In this document: positions 26,596-41,152 of the stretch, one piece after another
Numbering within the stretch: the first letter of the stretch is position 1
How the letters are laid out: every line of letters begins with the position of its first letter
NCBI GenBank assembly: GCA_046597055.1
Contig: JBKJLC010000257.1
Span: 1-47,053 of the forward strand
Origin: Kofleriaceae bacterium
Lineage (GTDB): Bacteria > Myxococcota_A > Polyangia > Haliangiales > Haliangiaceae
Length of the DNA stretch: 47,053 nt
Direction of reading: 5' to 3'
Notes under the pieces: generated by a model
The model's input: only the letters and a program-made list of their open reading frames with translations
Told to the model about the DNA's origin: nothing
Databases searched by the model: none
Program-made: the position numbers and the translations under genes

Positions 26596-28817
26596 GCGGG
26601 TACCGCCCGGGCAGGGATCCGGGCGAGCGCCACCCGCGCGACGACCAGCGTCATGTCGTCGCCGGCGGGCAGCCCGGCCAGGTAGGCGGCGAGCTCGGCC
26701 GCGATCAGGGCGTGGACGTGGGCGGGGTCGAGCCGCTCGGGGTCGAGCCGGCGCAGCACGCGCTGCAGGCGGCGATCGCCGAACTGTTTACCCTCGGCAT
26801 TGCGGCCCTCGACCACCCCATCCGTGTACCAGACCAGCACGTCGCCCGGGGCGATCGCACGGGTCGCGGTCCGGGTCACCGGCGCGGTGCCGGCGCCGAG
26901 CGGGTTGCCGCGCGCGACCAGCGCGTACAGCTCCATCTGCGCGACCCCGGCGTCGGTGGCCGACGGCGGCGCCGCGGCCGCGGCCGGATCGCGCGGTCGG
27001 CACAGGTACGGCGCCAGGTGGCCGGCGTTGGCGAAGCGGACCTCGTTCGCGACCGGGTCGATGATCGACGCGAAGCAGGTCAGGTGGAAGCGCCCGGCCC
27101 CGACCCGGCGGACCGCGGCGTCGAGGTGGAGGAACAGGACCGACAGATCGAAGGCGTCGGCCATCAATCGCACCGCCACGTCGCAGGCGCCCTTGGCGGC
27201 CGCGGTCACCATCGCGGCCGCCACCCCCGAACCGGTGACGTCGCCGATCACCACCAGCGTGCATCCACCCGGCAGCTCGTAGCAGTCCCACCAGTCGCCG
27301 CCGCAGCGGCTGGCCGGCTCCCAGCTGCCCAGCACCTCGCAGGCGCCGACGTGCATCAGCTCGGGCCGCGGCACGAACGCGCTCTGGACCGCGGCGGCCA
27401 GCTCGACCTCGCGCGCCATCGCGGCCCGCGACGCCACGTGACCGGCGACCCGGATGTAGGCCAGCGCGGTGCCGAGCCGGTCGGCGACGCCCTCGACCAG
27501 CGCCAGCTCGACCTTGCGCAGCGCCCGGCCCGAGGTCCGATCGTTGATGATCAGGAGGCCGATCAGCTCGTCGCGCGCGACCAGCGGCACGATCGCGGTG
27601 GCGTCGTAGGCCGTGAACAGGCGGGCCAGCGCCGGGCGCAGATCGGACAGGCGCAGGACCTCGAGCTCGTCGCGGTGGATCGGGCGGTGGTGTTCGGCCA
27701 GCCACGGCACCAGCAGCGGCTCGGGGCTGGCGTCCTCGGCCACCGCCTCGCCATCCCCGCTGCGCCACGACCAGTCGTCGCGGGCTGGGACCAGCACCAC
27801 CGCGACCGCCCCGAGCCCGAGGTCGAGCACCTCGCCGGTCAGTCGGGCGATCTCGGGCACGGTGGTCAGCTGGTGGACCCGGCTCGCGTACTGCGTGGCC
27901 AGGCGGTCGAGCGGTCCCTCGCCGCGCGGGCGTAGCCCGCCGAGGCGCACCCCGAGCGCGACCGCGAGGCGGCTCGCGACGATCAGGCCGAGCAGGGGCA
28001 CCGGGACCAGGAACCACGGCAGCCTGGGCAGCAAGTAGGTCGCCAGCACCCAGCCACCCGCGGCCGACATCGCGACCGCGGCGAACGCGGCCGGGGCCCG
28101 GCTGTCGAGCGCGCGCGCGCGCAGCAGGTCGTCGAGCAGGATCGAGCGCAGCGCCAGCAGCGTGCCGAGCGTCGTGAACACCCACCCGACCGGCGCCCAG
28201 CCCGATCCAAAAATGAGGAGCACGTCGACGGTCGCCAGGAACTGGACCGCGAGCGACAGGTTGGCGCCGCGCAGCTGACGGCGCCGCTGCACCGAGGTCT
28301 CGAGCCGCAGCGCGCGCTCGACTTCGTAGAAGCCGCCGACCGAGATCAGACCGACGAAGGCGACGCCCGGGAAGATCAGGGGGCCGGGCGCCCAGAACCG
28401 CTGGCCCGACGGCGTGATGATGATGGCGTCGACCCCGTACGGCGTCAGCCAGCCCCCGAGCAGGAACCCGATCGCGATCACGAACCCTGCGACGATCCAG
28501 CGCCGGCGCGCGACCATGCGCTGCGCGATCGCGAGCTGGAACGTCACGGCGCCCATGGTCGCGAGCGGGACCGGTGCGACACACAGGCGGAAGAACGCGA
28601 TGGCGGCCTCGTCGGTGGGCGCCGCCACCCCGAGGCCGGTGCCGACCACGTGGGACAGCATCCCGATGGTCAGCACCAGGATCGGGCCGCGCAGCTGGGG
28701 CGCCCCGCGCATCACCAGCGCGTACGCCAGGACCATCCCGGTCGTGATCGCAGCGACCGCGAACGGGAGACTCGCCAGACTGACTTTGTAACTCGCCGGG
28801 TCGAGGAGCGGCGACAT
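26592..28817 (-). CDS. Membrane sensor: multi-TM domain + GAF + SpoIIE/PP2C phosphatase
   Basis: Hydrophobic N-terminal half, GAF-like region, then [21 protein letters not shown] and DDMT motifs. Confidence 0.9.
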
Positions 28818-28892
28818 CCCTCTCAACCAGCCTACCCCGTCCCGCGTCAGGGAGCGAGGCCCGGTCACCATGACCGTGATAGGCTGACCACG

Positions 28893-30851
28893 GTGGGGAA
28901 CGACGGCAAGCGTCCGCTGCCTCCGCGCGCGGGGATGAGCCTCCCGCTGCCGCCGCCGATCGACGCCGACGACGGGGTCAGCCGGGTGCGGATGAGCCTG
29001 TCGGAGTACGTGCCGGAGACCACCTCGCGCGACCTGCCGGTCCTCCCGGCCGAGCCGTGGGACATGGACGAGGAGACCGACGACGAGGACCACGTGTTCG
29101 GCGGGTCCACGTCGGCGCTGACGCGCGAGGGCATCGGCCCGCTCGCGGCGATGCTACCGCCGGCCCCGGTCGCGCGCGCCGCGCCGCCACCGGCAGCGCC
29201 GGTGCGCACCTCGCCCGCGCGGAGCCTGCCGCTGCCGCCGACCCAGGCGACGCCGCGGCCAAACTTGCCCAAGGCGGGGCCGCGCGAGGCCGCGCCGCCC
29301 CCCCGCGAGTCACCGATCGCCGAGAACCGCGGTCACCGCGACACCGTCGCCGCCCTGAGGAAGCCGCGCAGCGTCCGGCGCCTGCCGCTGTCGCCCGAGA
29401 CCGTCACCGACGTCCTGGCCTCGACGCCGTTGCCGCCACCGGTCCAGTCGCCGGTCCCGTCCCGCTCGGCCGCCACCCCGGCGCCGACCGCGTCGCCGGG
29501 GCCCCCGCGCCAGGCCGGCGAGCAGCGCCTGCCGCTCGCCGCCGAGCCGAGCGGCGCCCACCCGATGCCGCGGGCGCCGGTGCTGCCACCGCGCGCGGCC
29601 ACCAACAGCGTCCCGACCATCCGCACCGTCGCCGGGCGCTACGAGATCCTGGAGCGCATCGGCCAGGGCGGGATGGGCAAGGTCTACAAGGTCAGCCACA
29701 CCCAGCTCGGCAAGATGTTCGCGCTCAAGGTGATCGGCGAGAACCTGGCCGACACCGCCGAGGCGCGCGAGCTGTTCTACCGCGAGGCGCGGATGGCGAG
29801 CTCGGTCAACCATCCCAACATCGCGTCGGTGGTCGACTTCGGTGAGGACAGCGAGCTCGGCGCGTTCATGGTCATGGAGATCGTCGAGGGCGAGCCGCTC
29901 GCCAAGATGCTCCACCGCGAGACCCGCATCGGGGTCCGGGTCGCGTGCGAGGTCATCTTGCAGGTCGCCGACGCCCTCCACTACGTGCACGGCAAGGGCA
30001 TCGTGCACTGCGACATCAAGACCGAGAACATCATCGTCTCGGAGCAGGCGAGCACCAAGCGGCGCCAGATGGTGGTCAAGCTGCTCGACTTCGGGCTGGC
30101 CCGGTCGCTGACCACCGGGCGCAACTCGACCACGCTGTCGGGCACGCCTCACTACGTCGCGCCCGAGCGCATCCGCGGCGACGCCGCCTCGCCGTCGTCG
30201 GACATCTACGCGCTGGGCATCCTGTTCTACGAGCTGGTCACCGGCCACGTGCCGTGGGACGGCGCGGTCGCCAACATCCTGCACGGCCACCTCGAGCAGC
30301 AGCCGACCTCACCGTCGAAGCTGGTGCCGGGTGGCCTGGACGCCGCGCTCGAGAAGCTGATCTTGCACGCGCTCGCGAAGTACCCGGCTGAACGCCACAA
30401 GGACATGGCGGCGTTCATCTACGAGCTGCGCACCGTGATGGACATGCTCGGCTTCGGCCGGCGCCGCCGCGGCGGCCCCGGCAAGCGGGTGGTGATCGAG
30501 CGCAGCAAGAACGAGCGGGACGCCCTGGTCACCCGCGCCTTCGAGCACTGCCGGCTGCCGCTGGCGCTGCTGTCGCCGCAGGGCGTGGTCCAGGTGGCCA
30601 ACCCGGCGTTCGCGAAGTTCGTCATGGGCGTCGAGGTCGAGGTCGAGGGCCTGCCGATCCAGTCGACGCCGCTGATGACCGCGTGGACGTCGTTCGACAA
30701 TGATCTGACGCGCGCGGTGAACGGACACCCGGTGCGGCGGATGCTGGAGATCGAGATGGCGGGGAAGCCGGCGCAGCGGCTGCTCCTGTGGCTGGATGTG
30801 TCGGGCGAGGGGTATGTGTTGCTGGGCGTGCAGCCGATCGACCTGGGGTGA
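28893..30851 (+). CDS. Ser/Thr kinase with Pro-rich N-terminus and C-terminal PAS-like domain
   Basis: [24 protein letters not shown], and a C-terminal [14 protein letters not shown] segment. Confidence 0.9.
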   Translation: MGNDGKRPLPPRAGMSLPLPPPIDADDGVSRVRMSLSEYVPETTSRDLPVLPAEPWDMDEETDDEDHVFGGSTSALTREGIGPLAAMLPPAPVARAAPPPAAPVRTSPARSLPLPPTQATPRPNLPKAGPREAAPPPRESPIAENRGHRDTVAALRKPRSVRRLPLSPETVTDVLASTPLPPPVQSPVPSRSAATPAPTASPGPPRQAGEQRLPLAAEPSGAHPMPRAPVLPPRAATNSVPTIRTVAGRYEILERIGQGGMGKVYKVSHTQLGKMFALKVIGENLADTAEARELFYREARMASSVNHPNIASVVDFGEDSELGAFMVMEIVEGEPLAKMLHRETRIGVRVACEVILQVADALHYVHGKGIVHCDIKTENIIVSEQASTKRRQMVVKLLDFGLARSLTTGRNSTTLSGTPHYVAPERIRGDAASPSSDIYALGILFYELVTGHVPWDGAVANILHGHLEQQPTSPSKLVPGGLDAALEKLILHALAKYPAERHKDMAAFIYELRTVMDMLGFGRRRRGGPGKRVVIERSKNERDALVTRAFEHCRLPLALLSPQGVVQVANPAFAKFVMGVEVEVEGLPIQSTPLMTAWTSFDNDLTRAVNGHPVRRMLEIEMAGKPAQRLLLWLDVSGEGYVLLGVQPIDLG

Positions 30852-30906
30852 TCGGCCGGCGGCGTGATCGTGGACGTGATCACGTCCCCGCCCACGCTCA
30901 CGCTGG

Positions 30907-33444
<2,538 letters not shown>

Positions 33445-33526
33445 CTCACGATCGCGTTGGTCGGCACCGGCGGACCCTACCCCACCGCCGCTTCTCCGCG
33501 ACATCGGCGCGCGCTACGATCCGGGC

Positions 33527-33745
33527 ATGCCCCCTGGCCGCGACCGGCTCCGGCTCATGCGCAAGCAGGTCTACGACCAACCGCCGCGGCTGGCCGACGC
33601 GCGGCCCGACCGCTCGTTCAGCCCGGCGCTCGAGGCGCTGGTCGCGACCGCGCTCGCCAAGCTGCCGGGTCAGCGCTTCGCCAGCGCGGCGGCGATGCGC
33701 AGCGCGCTGTGGGCCGCCGCCGACGAGCCGGCCGACTCGCCCTGA
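33527..33745 (+). pseudogene. Stand-alone fragment resembling the C-lobe end of a Ser/Thr kinase
   Basis: LMRKQVYDQPPRL..PALEALVATALAKLPGQRFASAAAM resembles subdomains X-XI, with no catalytic motifs. Confidence 0.5.
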
Positions 33746-33782
33746 CCCGTGCACCCCGCGCGCGCCATGCGACACTGCCGCG

Positions 33783-34331
33783 ATGTCCAAGCGCACCGCC
33801 CAAGACTCGCCGCTGGTCGCGGCCGCCCAGGCCTTCGACGACGAGCTGTCGACCTACGCGCGGCTGGCGGAGCTGCTGCTCAAGTCGCCGCTCACGACGG
33901 CGAAGCACCTCGAGCGCGCCAACCAGACCATCGACCAGATCAGCCAGACCGAGGACCGGCTCGGGGTCACCGGCCGGGGGCTCGCCGTCGAGATCGCCGG
34001 CGCCCGCGACCACCAGCAGCAGCTCGCCGATCAGCTGATCGCGTACCTGCCGTCGGTGCACGCCCGCAACCTCGAGCTGCGCGCGGTGGTCGACGAGCTC
34101 GGCCAGATCGCCGAGTCGACCCGCGAGCTCAACGCGCTGGCTACCGGCGGCGAGGCCGCGGTGCTCGAGGTCGAGGACAAGCTGACCGCGCTGGCCGACC
34201 GGGCCGAGGGCCTGGCCGGCCGGGCCCGCGCGACCGGCTTCGAGGAGCTCGCCAGCCAGGCCCACGCCGTCCATCAGCAGCTGGTCGCGGCCGGACGCAA
34301 GCTCAAGACCGTCACGTCGCGGATGAGCTGA
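33783..34331 (+). CDS. Hypothetical helical/coiled-coil protein
   Basis: Strong GC3 bias and amphipathic helices. Confidence 0.75.
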   Translation: MSKRTAQDSPLVAAAQAFDDELSTYARLAELLLKSPLTTAKHLERANQTIDQISQTEDRLGVTGRGLAVEIAGARDHQQQLADQLIAYLPSVHARNLELRAVVDELGQIAESTRELNALATGGEAAVLEVEDKLTALADRAEGLAGRARATGFEELASQAHAVHQQLVAAGRKLKTVTSRMS

Positions 34332-34333
34332 TC

Positions 34334-35233
34334 GTGGCGTCGCCGTTCCCGGCCCCGCCGATGCCCGCGCTGCCGCCCGAGCGGGTCGCGGTCGCCTCGT
34401 TCCCGCTCCGCTACGAGGACATCGCGCAGGACGGTCGCATGATGGCGACCGCGATCCCGCCGGCGGTCGGCTGGACCGTGTGGCGCCAGCTGCTCGCCGA
34501 CCATCCGGCCGCGCGTGACATGCAGCGGCAGGGCGTGGTCGCGATCCTGTCGCGCCTGATCGTCGACGCCTCCGACGAGGCGATCCGGGTCGATCACCGG
34601 GTCGACGCCACCGGCGGCTACCAGCTCGCCCGCTACGCCCCGACCGGCACGATCGAGAAGCTGTTCCTCAACATGTGGGTCGAGGTCCGCGGCGCCCAGG
34701 GCCGGGTGGTGCCGCCGTCGGGCCCGGGCCCGATGGTGGTGGCCGGCCGGGTGTTCGCCGAGCACACGTTCACCCGCATCTTCGCGCCGCCCGACCAGCG
34801 CCGGGTCACCCGGCTCGAGGTCGACGGGCTGCCGGTCGAGCCCGAGCCGCACTACGACTTCCCGTCCCCCGACTCGGCGATGGCGCTGCCGCTCGAGGCC
34901 GAGCCGCTCGACGACGACTACCGCCCCGACGCCGCGGTGACCGCGTTCGGCCTCGACCACACCGACTCGAACCAGCACGTGAACTCGCTGGTCTATCCGC
35001 GGCTGTTCGCCGAGGCCGCGCTGCGCCGGTTCGACCTCGCCGCCGCGCCGCGCGCCCGCCTGGTCCGCGCGGTCGACATCGCCTACCGCAAGCCGAGCTT
35101 CGCCGGCGACCGCGTGCGCATCCACCTGCGCGGGTTCCGCCTCGGCGATCGGGTCGGCGCCGCCGGCTTCCTCACCGCCGACGACGACCCGCTGCGCCGG
35201 CCCCGCTGCTGCGCCCGCATCCTGTTCGGCTGA
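34334..35233 (+). CDS. Acyl-ACP thioesterase-like double hot-dog protein
   Basis: LRYEDIAQDGR, TDSNQHVNSLVY and YRKPSFAGD motifs. Start at 34334 or 34361. Confidence 0.7.
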   Translation: MASPFPAPPMPALPPERVAVASFPLRYEDIAQDGRMMATAIPPAVGWTVWRQLLADHPAARDMQRQGVVAILSRLIVDASDEAIRVDHRVDATGGYQLARYAPTGTIEKLFLNMWVEVRGAQGRVVPPSGPGPMVVAGRVFAEHTFTRIFAPPDQRRVTRLEVDGLPVEPEPHYDFPSPDSAMALPLEAEPLDDDYRPDAAVTAFGLDHTDSNQHVNSLVYPRLFAEAALRRFDLAAAPRARLVRAVDIAYRKPSFAGDRVRIHLRGFRLGDRVGAAGFLTADDDPLRRPRCCARILFG

Positions 35234-35268
35234 CGGCGAGCTGACGCGCTCGGAGGTGCGTTCCGTGC

Positions 35269-35299
35269 TTGCACCTGGAGTCGACTCCAGGTGCATGGT
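35269..35299 (+). promoter_or_regulatory. MerR-type promoter/operator
   Basis: -35 TTGCAC, 19-bp spacer, -10 CATGGT, and a perfect 26-bp dyad TGCACCTGGAGTCGACTCCAGGTGCA at 35270-35295. Confidence 0.88.
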
Positions 35300-35360
35300 G
35301 GAGCCCATGCAGCTCGCCGGGATTCGTGCGACGACCTCCGCGACCTCGAGGAAGCTCGCC

Positions 35361-35804
35361 ATGCCCGACCCCCAGGCGCTGAAGATCGGCGACGTCGCGC
35401 AGCGGACGGGCCTCACGGTGTCCACGGTGCGCTTCTACGAGAAGGAGGGACTGCTGGGGACGGTGCGGCGCAGCTCCGGCATCCGCAAGTTCGATCCCAC
35501 CGCTGTGCGCCGACTCGAGTTCGTGCGCAAGGCGGTGAGCCTCGGCTTCTCGCTGGCCGAGATCCGCAGCCTGCTGTCGCTGCGCGTCTCCTCACGCACG
35601 TCGTGCGCGACGCTGCGCAAGCGCGCGCTCACGAAGCTCGCCGATGTGGACGAGCGGATCGCAGACCTCCTGCGGATGCGCAACGCGCTGGACCAGCTCG
35701 CCGCGACCTGCGCCACCACCGCCGCAAGCTCGCCGTGTCCGTTCCTCGACGCGCTCGATCTCCCAGCCGCCACCGCGCCCACGCGGGCCCGCCCCCGGTC
35801 GTGA
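35361..35804 (+). CDS. MerR-family heavy-metal-responsive regulator
   Basis: IGDVA..TVRFYEKEGLL HTH, LGFSLAEI, three Cys (SCA, TCA, PCP). Alternative start at 35307. Confidence 0.92.
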   Translation: MPDPQALKIGDVAQRTGLTVSTVRFYEKEGLLGTVRRSSGIRKFDPTAVRRLEFVRKAVSLGFSLAEIRSLLSLRVSSRTSCATLRKRALTKLADVDERIADLLRMRNALDQLAATCATTAASSPCPFLDALDLPAATAPTRARPRS

Positions 35805-35809
35805 CCCCC

Positions 35810-36694
35810 ATGAAGATCCAGCTGATCTACTTTCCCGACTGTCCAAACGTCGAGGCTGCGCGCACCGCGGTGCGCGAGGCGCTGGCGGCCGACCAGCTCG
35901 ATGCGCCGATCGAGGAGATCGATGTCTCGCGCGCGGACGCGCCGAGCTGGGCCAAGGGGTGGGGTTCGCCGACGGTGCTGGTCGACGGCGTCGATGTCGC
36001 CGGCGGACTTGCCTCCCCCGATGAGGCCTACTGCTGCCGGCTCTACCAGGGCGGCGCGCCGTCGGTCGCACAGCTCCGCGAGCGGTTCACGCGGCCCACG
36101 CCGCGCACGGTGACGACCGCCGACACCGCGCGATGGCGCCTCCCGGTGATCGGCGGCATCGCGACCGCACTCGCCGCGTCGGCGTGCTGCGTCGTGCCGG
36201 TCGTGCTCGCCATCGTCGGCGTCTCCGGTGCGGGCATCGCCTCGAGCCTCGTGCCGCTGCGGCCGTACTTCCTGACCGCGACCGCGCTCGCGCTCGCCGC
36301 GGGTTTCTGGTTCGCCTATCGGGGTGAGCGCGCGGTCGATGCCTGTGGCTGCGCGGTCCCCCGACGTCGGCGATGGAGCCGCCTCGGCCTGTGGCTCGGC
36401 ACCGCCCTGACCCTCGGGATCGCCGGCTACCCGCTCGTGGCCGACGGCGGGGCTTCCGTGGCGGTCCGCGCTCGCGGCGTCGCCGAGATCAGGCTGCACA
36501 TCACGGGCATGGACTGCGCGGCCTGCGCGAAGCCGCTCGCCGCGCGCCTCGCACGCGTCGCGGGGGTCGCGACCGTCGACGTCGACTACGATCACGCGCT
36601 CGCCGTCGTCACCCACGACGGACGACGCGATCCGACCGCGGAGCTACTCGAGGCCATCGCTGATCTCGAGTACCAGGCCGCGGTCGCGCCGTAG
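35810..36694 (+). CDS. Thioredoxin-like + MerT-like transporter + HMA (MerP-like) fusion
   Basis: YFPDCPN...GSPTVLVDG..CCRLY, then ASACCVVP..PLRPYF, then GMDCAAC. Confidence 0.85.
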   Translation: MKIQLIYFPDCPNVEAARTAVREALAADQLDAPIEEIDVSRADAPSWAKGWGSPTVLVDGVDVAGGLASPDEAYCCRLYQGGAPSVAQLRERFTRPTPRTVTTADTARWRLPVIGGIATALAASACCVVPVVLAIVGVSGAGIASSLVPLRPYFLTATALALAAGFWFAYRGERAVDACGCAVPRRRRWSRLGLWLGTALTLGIAGYPLVADGGASVAVRARGVAEIRLHITGMDCAACAKPLAARLARVAGVATVDVDYDHALAVVTHDGRRDPTAELLEAIADLEYQAAVAP

Positions 36695-36706
36695 CGCGAG
36701 GCCGGG

Positions 36707-37174
36707 TCAGCGGCGGCCGTCTTCGTCGGCCTGGGTGACGCAGAAGTCGACGCGGTCGATCTGGCCGGGGCCAGCGGGGATCGTGAAGGTGAGGCCCTCG
36801 GTCACGTAGCGATCGCGACCGACGCGGACCTCGTAGCGGAGTCCGCTCGCCGAGGGTGCCAGCGTGAACCCGACGAACCGGTCGGTGTGCGTGGGAGTGG
36901 GCTCCCATGCCTTGAAGGTCACCACGGTCGCGCCGGCCTGCACGTTCAGTCCGGTCACCCCGACCGATTCGTCGACCACGGTGCAGACCACGCTCGGTGG
37001 CTGGGGCACCGGTTCGACCGGAACCGGGCCGGCGTCGACGTCGACCCCGGGCTCGATCGCCGGACCGGAGTCGGGTCCGCCCGGGTCGCCCGGGTCGGTC
37101 GCCCCGCCGGGTTCGAAGGTGCAGCCGCCGAGCGCGGCCACGAGCACACAGGCCATCGTAGAAATCGTCCGCAT
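36707..37174 (-). CDS. Hypothetical lipoprotein
   Basis: Lipobox LGGC, GAGGA ribosome-binding site, Pro/Gly linker. Confidence 0.75.
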   Translation of the reverse strand: MRTISTMACVLVAALGGCTFEPGGATDPGDPGGPDSGPAIEPGVDVDAGPVPVEPVPQPPSVVCTVVDESVGVTGLNVQAGATVVTFKAWEPTPTHTDRFVGFTLAPSASGLRYEVRVGRDRYVTEGLTFTIPAGPGQIDRVDFCVTQADEDGRR

Positions 37175-37193
37175 GGTTCCTCGGGGAAACGTA

Positions 37194-37210
37194 TTGCAGC
37201 TCGCGAGCCA
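37194..37210 (-). promoter_or_regulatory. Sigma54 promoter for the 36707-37174 lipoprotein
   Basis: Minus strand TGGCTCGCGAGCTGCAA has GG-N10-GC spacing, 20 nt upstream of the ATG. Confidence 0.65.
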
Positions 37211-37360
37211 CTCCTCGACAGGCGCCCTTTCGGTGACTTGAGCGATAGCTGGCGCGGGCCCTGGGGGACCCGGCCCCGGTAGGACACCCTGCGCGCCGCC
37301 GGGCTGACGCGACGCGGCGTCAGTGGCGCACCGGGCCGGTGCCGACTACCGTCGGACCGC

Positions 37361-40300
37361 GTGCGCTGGCAAGTCTGGATCGATCGGGGCGGCACCTTCA
37401 CGGACGCCATCGGGTGGCACGCCGGGGCGCCGGGCGCGATACCGGCGCTCCGCACCGCCAAGGTGCTGTCGGGCCCTGACTCGGTGCTGGCGGTGGTGCG
37501 AGCGCTGCTCGAGCTGCCCGCCGATGCGCCGGTGCCACCGGTGGATCTCCGGCTCGGCACCACGCTCGCGACCAACGCCCTGCTCGAGCGGCGCGGGGCG
37601 CCGACCGCGCTGGCGATCACCGCCGGCCTCGCCGACCTGCTGGTGATCGGCGACCAGACCCGGCCCGATCTGTTCGCGCTCGATATCGTCCGGACGCCAC
37701 CGCTGACGGCGTGCGTGATCGAGCTGGCGGCCCGCGCCGATGCGACCGGCCGGGTGCTGGCCCGCGACGATGCGGCCGCGCTGTTCGTCCGGTTCTCGGA
37801 CATCGTGGCCAGCGGCATCGACAGCCTGGCGGTGGTGGTGATGCACGGCTGGGCGGCGCCGGTGCTCGAGGACGAGGTCGCGGCGATCGCGCGCCGCGCC
37901 GGCTTCCGCCACGTCACCACCTCGGCCGATGCCGTCGCCGAGCTCGGGCTGCTGGCGCGCGCGCGCACCGCGGTCGCCGACGCTTACCTCACGCCGATGC
38001 TGACGACCTACCTCGACGGCCTGCGCGCGGCGCTGCCGGGCTCGACCGTGCGCATCATGCAGTCGAGCGGCGGGCTCGCCGACGCGGCCCGCCTGCGCGG
38101 CCGCGACGCGGTGCTGTCGGGACCCGCCGGTGGGGCGATCGCCGCCGCCCACGCCGCCGCTGCAGCCGGGGTCGCGCGCGCGGTCGGCTTCGACATGGGC
38201 GGGACCTCGACCGACGTGACCTGCGTCGAGCCGGGCGGTCTCGAGCGCACGTTCGAGACCGAGGTCGCGGGCCAGACCCTGCGCGCGCCGGCGATCGCGA
38301 TCCACACGGTCGCCGCCGGCGGTGGCTCGATCTGCCGGTTCGACGGCCTCCGGCTGACGGTCGGGCCGGCGTCGGCGGGCGCCGAGCCGGGGCCGATCTG
38401 CTACGCGCGCGGTGGACGCGCCATCACGGTGACCGATGTCGACCTGGTGCTGGGCCGGCTGGCCGCCGATCACTTCCCGTGGCCGCTCGACCGCGGCGCG
38501 GCAGTGGCGGCGCTGGCCGAGGTCGGCCGCGCGCTGGGCGCGACCGGCGACGACGAGGCGGCGGCGGTGCAGGCCGCGGTCGGCTTCTTCGCGATCGCGA
38601 ACGCCGGCATGGCGGAGGCGGTGCGGCAGGTGACGATCGCGCGCGGCAAGGATGTCCGCGAGCACGCGCTGGTCGTGTTCGGCGGCGCCGGCGGGATGCA
38701 CGCCGGGCCGGTGGCGCGGCAACTCGGCGTGCGGCGGGTGATCGTGCCGCGGTTCGCCGGCCTGCTGTCGGCATGGGGCATCGGGCTGGCGCCACGGACG
38801 TGGCACGGCGAGGTCGATGGTGGACGCGCGGTCGTGAACGCGGCGGGGCTGGTGGCGGTGGCGCGGCAGCTGGATCGGCTGGAGGCGGACGGGCGCGCGG
38901 CGCTGGCGCCGGACGAGGTGGCGGTGGCGTCGGTGACCGCGACCCGGACGGTGGCGCTGCGGTACCGGGGCAGCGACACGGCGCTGGAGGTCGCGATCGG
39001 GGAGGTCGCCGCCGTGATCGCCGCGTTCGAGGCGGCGCACCGAGCACGGTTCGGGTACGTGCGCGACGAGGCAGTGGTCGAGCTCGCGGCGGCGCGCGTG
39101 GAGGTGGTGGCGGCGGAGCCGCCGCCGGCGCTGCCGATGCGGGCGGCCGGGCCGACGCCGGCGCCGCGGCGGATCGCCCCGGTGTGGACGGGTGGCGGAG
39201 ACGCGATGGAGGCCGCGCCGGTGTTCGCGCTGGCGGAGCTGCCGGCCGGGGCGGTGGTACGAGGGCCGGCGGTGGTGCTGGATGTGCATGCGACGCTGGT
39301 GGTGGACCGGGGGTGGGTGGCGACGGTTGGGGGTGAGGGGGAGGTGGTGATGGAGCGTGAGAACGAGAGGGAGAAGGAGAGCGCGAAGGAGGACGAGCGC
39401 GCCGCGGCGGGCAGGGTGGATCCGGTGTTGCTCGAGGTCTACGGCAACCTGTTCATGTCGATCGCGGCGCAGATGGGCGTGGTGCTCGAGCGCACCGCGG
39501 TGAGCGTGAACATCCGCGAGCGCCGGGACTTCTCGTGCGCGGTGTTCGACGCGCGCGGCGGGCTGGTCGCGAACGCGCCCCACATCCCGGTGCACCTGGG
39601 CGCGATGGGCGAGACGATCCGGTCGCTGCTCGCGAGCGTCACGGTGGTGCCGGGGACGGTGTACGCGTGCAACGATCCGGCGCTGGGCGGCTCGCACCTG
39701 CCCGATGTCACCGTGATCACGCCGGTCCACGACGGCGCGCGGCTGCGCTATCTGGTCGCGAACCGCGGCCACCACGCCGACGTCGGCGGGCTGACGCCGG
39801 GCTCGATGCCGCCGATGTCACGCACGATCGAGGACGAAGGCGTCGCGCTGCGCCACCTGCCGATCGTGGTCGGCGGTCGCCTGCAGCGGGCGGCGATCCT
39901 GGCGGCGCTGGGCGCGGGTCCATACCCGGCGCGGTGCCCGGCCGACAACCTCGCCGACCTCGAGGCACAGATCGCGGCCAATCATGCCGGCGCCCGCCTG
40001 ATGGCCGAGGCGATCGCGCGCGCGGGCCGCGGCGAGCTGCTCGGATACCTCGGCCACGTGCAGGACCAGGCCGCCGCGCTGGTCGGCCGCGCGATCGCGG
40101 GGCTGGCGCCCGGCACCCGCCGGTGCGCCGACGCGCTCGACGACGGCAGCGCGATCGTCGCCACCGTGCACGTCGGCGGTGGTCGGCTCGCGATCGACTT
40201 CACCGGCAGCGCGCCCGCCCACCCGGGCAACCTCAACGCGCCGCGCGCCGTCACGATCGCCGCGGTCATCTACGTGCTGCGCGCGCTGGTCGGGGCGCCG

Positions 40301-40963
40301 ATCCCGCTCAACGCCGGCTGCCTGGCGCCGGTCGACCTGGTGATCCCACCCGGCTCGATCCTCGACCCGCCCGATGGCGCCGCGGTGGTCGCTGGCAACG
40401 TCGAGACCTCGCAGCGGATCGTCGACGTGCTGCTCGGCGCGCTCGGCCTCGCCGCCGCCAGCCAGGGCACGATGAACAACCTGACCCTGGGCGCCGACGG
40501 CACCTCCGAGGGCGCCGGCTGGGCCTACTACGAGACCCTCGGGGGCGGCGCCGGCGCCACCGCCCGGGCCGCCGGCGCGTCCGCGGTGCACACCCACATG
40601 ACCAACACGCGGATCACCGATCCCGAGGTGCTGGAGGCGCGGGTCCCGGTCCGGCTGCGACGGTTCGCGGTGCGCACCGGCTCGGGTGGCGCCGGGGCCC
40701 ACCGGGGCGGCGACGGCATCGTGCGCGAGCTCGAGCTGCTGGCGCCGGCCCAGATCGCGCTCGTCACCGAGCGACGGGTGACCGCGCCACCCGGCCACGC
40801 CGGCGGCGAGCCCGGCGCCCGCGGCCGCAACCTGCTCGACGGCGCCGACCTGCCCGGTCGCGCCCACGTCCGCGCCGAGGCCGGCGCGGTGCTCACGATC
40901 GAGACCCCCGGCGGCGGCGGTTGGGGCCCGCCCGGGACACCGGCGTCCTCCGGCGCGGGCTGA
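37361..40963 (+). CDS. 5-oxoprolinase / hydantoinase A+B fusion
   Basis: [50 protein letters not shown] and ETPGGGG motifs. Confidence 0.93.
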   Translation: MRWQVWIDRGGTFTDAIGWHAGAPGAIPALRTAKVLSGPDSVLAVVRALLELPADAPVPPVDLRLGTTLATNALLERRGAPTALAITAGLADLLVIGDQTRPDLFALDIVRTPPLTACVIELAARADATGRVLARDDAAALFVRFSDIVASGIDSLAVVVMHGWAAPVLEDEVAAIARRAGFRHVTTSADAVAELGLLARARTAVADAYLTPMLTTYLDGLRAALPGSTVRIMQSSGGLADAARLRGRDAVLSGPAGGAIAAAHAAAAAGVARAVGFDMGGTSTDVTCVEPGGLERTFETEVAGQTLRAPAIAIHTVAAGGGSICRFDGLRLTVGPASAGAEPGPICYARGGRAITVTDVDLVLGRLAADHFPWPLDRGAAVAALAEVGRALGATGDDEAAAVQAAVGFFAIANAGMAEAVRQVTIARGKDVREHALVVFGGAGGMHAGPVARQLGVRRVIVPRFAGLLSAWGIGLAPRTWHGEVDGGRAVVNAAGLVAVARQLDRLEADGRAALAPDEVAVASVTATRTVALRYRGSDTALEVAIGEVAAVIAAFEAAHRARFGYVRDEAVVELAAARVEVVAAEPPPALPMRAAGPTPAPRRIAPVWTGGGDAMEAAPVFALAELPAGAVVRGPAVVLDVHATLVVDRGWVATVGGEGEVVMERENEREKESAKEDERAAAGRVDPVLLEVYGNLFMSIAAQMGVVLERTAVSVNIRERRDFSCAVFDARGGLVANAPHIPVHLGAMGETIRSLLASVTVVPGTVYACNDPALGGSHLPDVTVITPVHDGARLRYLVANRGHHADVGGLTPGSMPPMSRTIEDEGVALRHLPIVVGGRLQRAAILAALGAGPYPARCPADNLADLEAQIAANHAGARLMAEAIARAGRGELLGYLGHVQDQAAALVGRAIAGLAPGTRRCADALDDGSAIVATVHVGGGRLAIDFTGSAPAHPGNLNAPRAVTIAAVIYVLRALVGAPIPLNAGCLAPVDLVIPPGSILDPPDGAAVVAGNVETSQRIVDVLLGALGLAAASQGTMNNLTLGADGTSEGAGWAYYETLGGGAGATARAAGASAVHTHMTNTRITDPEVLEARVPVRLRRFAVRTGSGGAGAHRGGDGIVRELELLAPAQIALVTERRVTAPPGHAGGEPGARGRNLLDGADLPGRAHVRAEAGAVLTIETPGGGGWGPPGTPASSGAG

Positions 40964-41152
40964 GCCAGGGCTGCTGGCCGGTCCTGCGGCCGGCGAAGCC
41001 GCCACCGGTAGCCATCGCGATCGCGATCGTCAACCGGTTGCGCGCGACGTCGAGGTGGTTATGGGGAGGTTGCGATCGCGAGGCAGGTGCCGCGTGACGC
41101 GACCCAACTTCGACGCCGCCCCGCGGCGCGCTTCCCTTCACAGGAGGACCCC

